Source: Sphingobacterium sp. (GTDB taxonomy: Bacteria; Bacteroidota; Bacteroidia; Sphingobacteriales; Sphingobacteriaceae). Taken from it: a stretch of DNA of 64,000 nt. Below the pieces are notes generated by a model. That model saw nothing but the letters and a program-made list of their open reading frames with translations, had not been told where the DNA came from and did not search any database. A program made the position numbers and the translations under genes. Numbering within the stretch: the stretch's first letter is position 1; each line of letters starts with the position of its first letter. The stretch spans positions 166 through 64,165 of the forward strand of contig JBMAAL010000017.1 of the NCBI GenBank assembly GCA_050281725.1, given 5' to 3'. Shown here in pieces: positions 57,789-64,000 of this stretch.

Positions 57789-58664
57789 TCAAAACGAATC
57801 GATTACTTCGCCAACTTCCATAGGGAGATCAGACTCAAGAATGGAGGCTCCCTCCGCAAATACAGCCTTATACTTTTCGGCACGTTCTGCCTTTGTCTTC
57901 AATTTATCGTAGGTAGGTGCTGCTGAAATCATGCACATCACGCCTTTGTTGTTGAAAAATTGATACATCGCCTGATTGGAATCCTTTAATTCTGGTCCGA
58001 TATAGACAATCATACGGTCGTAGGGCAATCCAGAGGATTTAAATTTTTCCAATGCAGCCTGATCTTTGATATGCATGGACATATACTGTTCTGGATTTTG
58101 CGCCAAATAAAAGGCTGCCTGTTCAATATTATGTACCGTAACCCACACCCAACTGTACGCATCGTATTTTTTTAGTATTGCTGCTGTAGCCGCCAATGGT
58201 AAGTCTTTTTTATCTAAGTTGAGGATGGTTTTACCCTTTGCCCATTTAACAACTTCATCAAGTGTATTAATACCAAACCGGGTAATATTTCCCGCCTGAT
58301 CTTTTAATTTCAGCTTACGCAATTCATCCCAAGTATAGTCTGATACTTTTCCTTTTCCATTTGTGGTTCGATCTAATGTCGAATCATGCATCAAAATAGC
58401 AACACTATCCTTGGTGTAACGCGGATCGATTTCAAAAATAGCCGATGTTTTTCGCAGTACGGCCTCAAATGCCGCAATCGAATTTTCGGGAAGTCCGGCC
58501 TCAATCGTTCCCCGATGACCACTTACAATTTTTTTGTCTTTAGCATAGGTAAAATAATCACGCATCGCCTGTGGAGAAGCAAACTCAAGTGAATGGATTT
58601 TTTGTCCGACGACTGCTGAATATGACGAAACAAAAAGAAAAAAAGCGAAAAATGTTCTTCTCAT
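57789..58664 (-). CDS. glycerophosphodiester phosphodiesterase family protein
   Basis: Signal peptide plus GDPD motifs VSGHRGT, EIDPRYTKD and MHDSTLDRTTNG. Confidence 0.85.
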   Translation of the reverse strand: MRRTFFAFFLFVSSYSAVVGQKIHSLEFASPQAMRDYFTYAKDKKIVSGHRGTIEAGLPENSIAAFEAVLRKTSAIFEIDPRYTKDSVAILMHDSTLDRTTNGKGKVSDYTWDELRKLKLKDQAGNITRFGINTLDEVVKWAKGKTILNLDKKDLPLAATAAILKKYDAYSWVWVTVHNIEQAAFYLAQNPEQYMSMHIKDQAALEKFKSSGLPYDRMIVYIGPELKDSNQAMYQFFNNKGVMCMISAAPTYDKLKTKAERAEKYKAVFAEGASILESDLPMEVGEVIDSF

Positions 58665-58907
58665 GGATTTATAATTATTTAAAAATTCTTAAGCCTTTGA
58701 TACACAAAACAGCATGCTAAACTAATCATCCAAGATCAATAAATCTTTAATAAAGTATTCAATTCATGTAAACAAGCTAGTCTGTAAACATGAGCTTCGC
58801 AAATCATACGTGTCGAGCAGGGTATAATATACCTGAAAATCACGGCATAACATCTATAACAATCAAAAAAAATAAACTATAGCTGTTGGCACAACTATAA
58901 AATAAAC

Positions 58908-58915
58908 TATATTTG
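58908..58915 (+). promoter_or_regulatory. candidate -7 promoter box for the TonB-dependent receptor
   Basis: TATATTTG (TAnnTTTG), 34 nt upstream of the ATG at 58950. Motif-only call. Confidence 0.35.
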
Positions 58916-58949
58916 CGCATTAATTTATATTTGATCTAAATAAATTACC

Positions 58950-61280
58950 ATGAAAAACAGGACATGCTATACTATGTTCAGCAGCGGAATCCTTTTGCTT
59001 TTAAGCACTCAACTCAATGCACAAGAATTATCCCTGATAGTCAAGGACAGTGACAATAAACCATTAAGTCAAGCTAACATCAAAGTTGACGGAAAAAGCG
59101 TCGGCTATTCCAATCAATCCGGGCAATTCATTTTTGCAAAAAAAACGTTGAATAATCCCATTCAATTGCGTGTGTCTTATACAGGCTTTTCAACGGCTGA
59201 AAAAATGGTCAATTTAGATACCGTTCAGCAGCCCCTATTATTTCAGCTCAATTCGACCCAACTTTTAGATGAAATTATCGTAACAGCTGGACGTAAAGCG
59301 GAAAGCATCTCAACCGTTCCTTCTTCAGTTTCTATTTTAACCACAAAAGAAATCGAAGCTCAAAGTCAAATAAGTACCAATCTTTCTACAATTTTGGGGA
59401 ACACCATCCCTGGTTTGGGAACATCGACCAACAAAGCGACCAATTCTGGACAAACACTGCGTGGGCGATCTGTACTGGTGTTGATCGATGGAATTCCGCA
59501 ATCTACACCTTTGATGAATGGACAACGTGATCTCCGGACCATTGACCCGAGTGTCATCGAGCGCGTGGAGGTTATCAAAGGCGCCACATCCATCTATGGA
59601 AATGGATCTGCAGGCGGTATTATCAATTACATTACACGCAATCCTTCAAAAGACGCTGCACTTATCCAAGGAATTACCAGTCTGCGAACAACATTTAATC
59701 CCGTACATAGCGCCGGCACCATGGGATATCGTGTAGGACAGACATTATACGGACAAAAAAACAGATGGAATTATACTGTCAGCGGTTCGGCTGATTACGC
59801 TGGCCTGCAGCGCGATGGTGACGGAGTTCCCCTTGGTCAGACAGACGGTCTTTCGAACACCTATCAATACAATGCGTTTTTAAAGGTTGGATATCGTATC
59901 GATAGTAGCTCCAACATTACAGCAGTATACAACTTCTACAGAAGTAACCAACACAACAGATACATCAGCCAAACAGGTGTATATGGTCAAACGCCAACGA
60001 TAGGCGTGAAAGGCGATGATCCAGGTAAACCTGCAGGAACTCCGTATAACCACAATGCCATGTTGACCTATACGAAAAGTAATCTATTCGCATCGACATC
60101 TTTAACTGCTTCTGCATACTACAATACATTTCGATCCATGAACCGTTACGTCGAGAAAGCTTCTGCATGGTATGGTCCGGGACAAACACAAATCAACTCG
60201 GAGAAAAAAGGCCTACGCGTTAACCTAAACACACCTTTCCAGGTATTGGGTTCCAATGCGGATATCACCTATGGTGTGGATTTACTAAATGATGTTACGG
60301 ATCAAAATCTGACCGACGGCAGGGTCTATATTCCCTATATGAACATGTTAAACGTTGCTCCATACGCCCAGGTAAAAATTGACTTCCTGGAAAACTTAAT
60401 CTTTAAAGGTGGTGTACGCTATGAAAATGCAACAGTCAAAATCAAGGATTTCCATACCATCGCTACAGGTCCCAACCACGAAGGCAGTATTGCCGTAAAA
60501 GGTGGTAACATCCCTTACAAAGGAGCGACCTTCAATGCAGGTCTGCGTTACAACAAATACGCAATCTTCAATCCCTTTGTTAGTTTCTCACAAGGTTTCG
60601 CGATCAATGAACTCGGCCGTATTGTACGTCGGGCAACAGACAACGATTTAGATAGCCTAAAAACTGACCCTATTATCACCAATAATTACGAGATCGGATT
60701 CTCAAGTAATTACAGTATCTTCCAGCTATCGGCATCTTATTACTACAGTACTTCCAAAATGGGGGTTGAACTGGTGGACATTGGTGGGTACCTGATGCCA
60801 CAACGCCTCCCAGAAGATGTGTATGGATACGAAATTGCATTAAGCGCTCATATTTCGCCTCAATTGACCATCGGTGGAACCTATGCCCATGTGGAAGGAA
60901 AATCAAAAAAAGACGATGGCTCCAAATCCTACCTCAATGGTTCACGCATCTCGCCAGACAAAGCAACGGGATACATCTATTACACTCCGATCAAACCCTT
61001 AACCTTTCAGCTTTTTTGGGTGCATACCGGGTCCCGGGATCGCTTTCTTCCAAACGATAAAGGCGTCTATAAAAACAGCGAAGGCCCCGTTAAAACTGTC
61101 GACCTATTTAACTTAAACAGCAATTACCAGGTAAACAAACAATGGTCTATCGGGATGGGAATAGAAAACTTATTCAATAAAAACTATTACCCTGTTGTCA
61201 GTCAATATCGTGCCTTAAATGAAGAATACGTCAAAGGACAAGGTATGTTGGCCTCATTTAACATCAACTACAAATTTTAA
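58950..61280 (+). CDS. TonB-dependent (siderophore-type) receptor
   Basis: 776 aa. Signal peptide, CarboxypepD_reg-like domain, plug (DEIIVTAGRKAESISTVPSSVSILT) and a barrel ending in FNINYKF. Confidence 0.9.
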   Translation: MKNRTCYTMFSSGILLLLSTQLNAQELSLIVKDSDNKPLSQANIKVDGKSVGYSNQSGQFIFAKKTLNNPIQLRVSYTGFSTAEKMVNLDTVQQPLLFQLNSTQLLDEIIVTAGRKAESISTVPSSVSILTTKEIEAQSQISTNLSTILGNTIPGLGTSTNKATNSGQTLRGRSVLVLIDGIPQSTPLMNGQRDLRTIDPSVIERVEVIKGATSIYGNGSAGGIINYITRNPSKDAALIQGITSLRTTFNPVHSAGTMGYRVGQTLYGQKNRWNYTVSGSADYAGLQRDGDGVPLGQTDGLSNTYQYNAFLKVGYRIDSSSNITAVYNFYRSNQHNRYISQTGVYGQTPTIGVKGDDPGKPAGTPYNHNAMLTYTKSNLFASTSLTASAYYNTFRSMNRYVEKASAWYGPGQTQINSEKKGLRVNLNTPFQVLGSNADITYGVDLLNDVTDQNLTDGRVYIPYMNMLNVAPYAQVKIDFLENLIFKGGVRYENATVKIKDFHTIATGPNHEGSIAVKGGNIPYKGATFNAGLRYNKYAIFNPFVSFSQGFAINELGRIVRRATDNDLDSLKTDPIITNNYEIGFSSNYSIFQLSASYYYSTSKMGVELVDIGGYLMPQRLPEDVYGYEIALSAHISPQLTIGGTYAHVEGKSKKDDGSKSYLNGSRISPDKATGYIYYTPIKPLTFQLFWVHTGSRDRFLPNDKGVYKNSEGPVKTVDLFNLNSNYQVNKQWSIGMGIENLFNKNYYPVVSQYRALNEEYVKGQGMLASFNINYKF

Positions 61281-61281
61281 T

Positions 61282-62445
61282 ATGTTTAAAACCGTCATTC
61301 TTTGGTTGCATAAATGGCTCGGAATCATCACTGGCGTTGTGGTATTCATCCTAAGCCTGACGGGCAGCATATACACCTTTCAGGATGAGCTCAAACTCTG
61401 GGCTTATCCTGAAAAATATATTATCTCCGATACAACCAATCAAGCAACGACTCCACTGCCTTTAAGCACGCTTCTTTACAGCGCACAGAAAAGTCTCCAA
61501 AAAAATCAAAAAATCACGCGAGTTGATCTCTATCCTTCCAAAAATCGTACCTGGGTATTTCGTGCTATAAAAACGGATGAAAAAGCATTTGGCCATTGGA
61601 ATTATTACCGCTATTACAAACGCGTTTTCATCAATCCATATACAGGTCAGGTACAGCAAGTAGAGAATTCAAAAACAGAGTTCTTTCAGCTGGTGCTTCA
61701 GCTTCACCTAAATCTCCTCTTGGGTAAACAATATGGCCACCCTATCGTCGCCTGGTCAACGGCGATTTTTGCCCTAATCTTACTTAGTGGTATCGTTCTT
61801 TGGTGGCCAAAAAAATGGAAGGGCAAGAATCTCAAGCGCAGTTTTTGGCTCGATACTAAAGTCAAATGGAAGCGACTAAACCACGACCTCCACAATGTCA
61901 TCGGATTTTATAGTTTATTTATCGGACTAATTTTTGCCATTACAGGGCTCGCTTTTGCTTTTCCGGTTTTTAAAAAGACTTATATCGCAACATTCAATTT
62001 ATTGCAGCCTCCAATCACTTCTTCCACGCTCAACACACCTATCCCCTTGCCCGCTGTGGAAAAGAAGTTCCAGGACAATGCGCTGCGGTATACCCTGGCA
62101 AATTATCCGGATGCTGAAATGATGTCGATCCGACTAAAAAAAGAAACCGAAACAGAAATGGATATACAGGTGAGACATCATGAAAAACGGAGCGGTGTAT
62201 TTGATTGGCTTTATTATACTAAAAAAGACAGCAGTCTTACAGCAGTCAAATCCAGCAACGAATTGCAGTATGGGGATAAGCTCGGTGCACTTAACTATGA
62301 TATTCATACCGGTAGCATCGGTGGACTCACAACAAAAATTATCGCTTGCCTAGCTAAGTATCTTTTGTGCTTCCTTGCCCATCACAGGATATATCATCTG
62401 GATGAACAAAAGCAAAAAGAAGAAAAAAAAAGGTTATCAACATAA
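61282..62445 (+). CDS. PepSY-associated TM helix protein (PiuB-like); 3' end possibly frameshifted
   Basis: The ATG lies 1 nt after the receptor stop. TM1 is LHKWLGIITGVVVFILSLTG, with two more TM helices. The expected last helix plus poly-Lys tail appears in the +1 frame from 62354 to 62464. Confidence 0.7.
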   Translation: MFKTVILWLHKWLGIITGVVVFILSLTGSIYTFQDELKLWAYPEKYIISDTTNQATTPLPLSTLLYSAQKSLQKNQKITRVDLYPSKNRTWVFRAIKTDEKAFGHWNYYRYYKRVFINPYTGQVQQVENSKTEFFQLVLQLHLNLLLGKQYGHPIVAWSTAIFALILLSGIVLWWPKKWKGKNLKRSFWLDTKVKWKRLNHDLHNVIGFYSLFIGLIFAITGLAFAFPVFKKTYIATFNLLQPPITSSTLNTPIPLPAVEKKFQDNALRYTLANYPDAEMMSIRLKKETETEMDIQVRHHEKRSGVFDWLYYTKKDSSLTAVKSSNELQYGDKLGALNYDIHTGSIGGLTTKIIACLAKYLLCFLAHHRIYHLDEQKQKEEKKRLST

Positions 62446-62745
62446 TGTTAATAAGTACTGTTAATAACTGTATTTTTCTTTTAAACAGGTTTTCAACAGC
62501 GTTATTAACATAATGTGGAAAACTAGCCTTTCCCCTATTTACCGACACCATCTCTTGTGCAATTTATACGAATGCGATACACCATCTGAAAAAAACAACA
62601 TACAAGACAAAAAGACGACAATCTTTAAAACGAGAAGATCCCAACGCCAAGCAGCGCAAACAGCGCAACACTAAAAAAAGGAAGCATTCTTCAACAGAAG
62701 GAAGCAAAGCACACAGCCAAAAAAGAAAGTCGCGCAAGAAAAAAA

Positions 62746-62778
62746 GAAAATCCGATACACAGAAGTGCACCGGATTTC
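62746..62778 (-). terminator. intrinsic terminator after the third SusD gene
   Basis: Minus strand reads GAAATCCG-GTGCACTTCTGTGTA-TCGGATTTTC followed by TTTTTTTCTT. Confidence 0.7.
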
Positions 62779-62805
62779 TTCAATAACAAACCAACAACTA
62801 ACATA

Positions 62806-64000
62806 CTAAAGATTCGGATTTCGAACCGTCTCTTCGTATGGTATAGCAAATAAATAATAAGGACTGTTTTCTACAAAATTAGAACCATTCGGAAACTTAA
62901 TAACCCGGTGACCCTGCCCGTTCACTAGCTTCGGCTTGCCATCCGCACCCACAATTTCGACTTGAATAGGCTTGCCGTCTGCATCAACATAAGATTTTCG
63001 TACAACCTTTCCTTGTGTCCGAAGAATATCTGACAGAGCAAATCCTTCACCCCAAAGCTCTTTACGTCTTTCAATCAGGACCGCTTCAATTAATTGATCC
63101 GTATCATTTCCTGAAAACAGTTTTGCATTCCTCGCTGCACGCAGCTTATTCAAGGCTGCTACTGCTTTATCTTTTTCACCAGCCCGGGCGTACCCCTCGG
63201 CAGCGATCAAAACCATTTCCGAAGCACGCATATACACAATGTCACCAATCAAATTCGATTTAAACTTAAACTTTTTATATCGTAGAAAACCTTCCCGCCC
63301 CGGTAGATTATCCCATTCAAATAGGGCATAACGCGCATCACTAGTATCAAATAGGTCCTTAAAATAGGGATCTGCCATAAAACTATAGTAATAGGATCCT
63401 GCCGACGATACATCCAAATAATGAAAAGTATAACTTGCCACATTTTGCTCGTTTGTCTGTTGATGCCCCCAAATCCACTCGCTATTTCCAAGATCATTAA
63501 AACCTGTCTGATAATCTGACGGAGTCATTAAGTTATATTTCTGAGCTGCTTTTTCAGCATACGCTGCGGCCAGTTTCCACTCACCTACCTGCAAATAGGT
63601 TCTCGCAAGCAGACCATACACGATATCCGCATTGATTTCGTATTTATCCGCTCTGCCAGCAGAAGCCAACAAGCTTTCACTGTCTTTGAGATCTTTCAAT
63701 ATAAGTTCGTACACTTCTGCTTGTGTTGACCGTGATTTTCCTTCAGTCGATAGTGTACTGGGTTCGGTATAAATTGGAACAGATTTCGCATTTTTATCCT
63801 TGAGGTAACTGAACTGGTAAAAAGTCGCCAGGTTTAGATAAGAAAACGCGCGCAATGCTTTCGCTCTTCCCTTCAATACATTCTTGGTTTCAGCAGGTCC
63901 TTCAGCACCATCTACTTTTGCAATGACATTGTTCATGTTATCGATCACCTTATACAGCATAATCCAAAAAGAATTAACGCGATTAGACCGATTGTTTGTT
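62806..64000 (-). CDS. RagB/SusD family protein, C-terminal ~397 aa (5' end outside window)
   Basis: The frame stays open upstream of the listed Met to the window edge (..TNNRSNRVNSFWIMLYKVIDNMNNVI). SusD-type helices present (RAFSYLNLATFYQF, ERRKELWGEGF). Confidence 0.85.
   Translation of the reverse strand, partial: TNNRSNRVNSFWIMLYKVIDNMNNVIAKVDGAEGPAETKNVLKGRAKALRAFSYLNLATFYQFSYLKDKNAKSVPIYTEPSTLSTEGKSRSTQAEVYELILKDLKDSESLLASAGRADKYEINADIVYGLLARTYLQVGEWKLAAAYAEKAAQKYNLMTPSDYQTGFNDLGNSEWIWGHQQTNEQNVASYTFHYLDVSSAGSYYYSFMADPYFKDLFDTSDARYALFEWDNLPGREGFLRYKKFKFKSNLIGDIVYMRASEMVLIAAEGYARAGEKDKAVAALNKLRAARNAKLFSGNDTDQLIEAVLIERRKELWGEGFALSDILRTQGKVVRKSYVDADGKPIQVEIVGADGKPKLVNGQGHRVIKFPNGSNFVENSPYYLFAIPYEETVRNPNL

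Noticed and set aside
62564-62770. 68-aa minus-strand ORF in the PepSY/SusD spacer
   Set aside because: It is simply the reverse reading of the T-depleted tract, giving Phe/Leu/Cys-rich text, and it runs through the SusD terminator. No support as a gene.
62514-62786. Plus-strand open frame encoding a very basic Lys/Arg-rich sequence
   Set aside because: It has no ATG/GTG/TTG start anywhere in the open frame, and the composition-driven low complexity explains it. Kept only as a compositional observation.
1-64000. Looked for a CRISPR array, cas genes, restriction-modification, toxin-antitoxin pairs, retron/DGR reverse transcriptase, integrase, phage structural genes and rRNA
   Set aside because: None of the long ORFs carries motifs of these families. 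No repeat-spacer architecture exists. The only mobile-element signal is the decayed remnant at 31.9-32.2 kb.

Overview
This is a densely coding 64-kb chromosomal window from a Bacteroidota genome. Supporting signs are three SusC/SusD pairs, TAnnTTTG-type -7 boxes, lipoprotein-rich secreted proteins and roughly 40% GC. It looks Sphingobacteriia-like, but I cannot assign a genus from sequence alone. All protein calls come from reading the supplied translations for family motifs; no database search was run.

Layout:
- (1) 1-31.2 kb is a housekeeping and envelope block: aspS (5' truncated), a LutB-like Fe-S protein, TonB, tsaD, TamB, trigger factor, tRNA-Leu(TAG), S9 peptidase, MlaD, an amidase, an LptD-like protein, cinA, a 2-oxoacid dehydrogenase E2, MATE, tatA and tex. 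Embedded in it is a small module of membrane protein, wHTH regulator, Coq4-like protein and CreD.
- (2) 31.2-32.2 kb is a 1-kb gene desert holding an orphan terminator, an 11-bp tandem array and decayed transposase-like frames.
- (3) 32.2-49.5 kb is a complete minus-strand sialoglycan utilisation locus. It encodes SusC/SusD, NanA lyase, NanM mutarotase, an MFS transporter, a two-domain sialate O-acetylesterase, an AGE-type epimerase, a GH20 hexosaminidase, a GH33 sialidase and a GH16+CBM. A divergent GntR/FadR regulator and a sulfatase sit next to it.
- (4) 51.5-58.7 kb carries a second SusC/SusD pair with no glycoside hydrolase but a neighbouring glycerophosphodiesterase.
- (5) 58.9-62.5 kb carries a TonB-dependent receptor plus a PepSY-TM protein, whose last helix looks frameshifted.
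- (6) The window ends inside a third SusD gene.

I found no CRISPR array, rRNA, prophage, integrase or recognisable defence island. The best candidates for something undescribed are three. First, the wHTH/Coq4-like/CreD module, where one 33-nt palindromic box precedes both of its operons. Second, the repeat-bearing gene desert at the PUL boundary. Third, the CAZyme-less SusCD-GDPD locus. None of these is proven from sequence alone.
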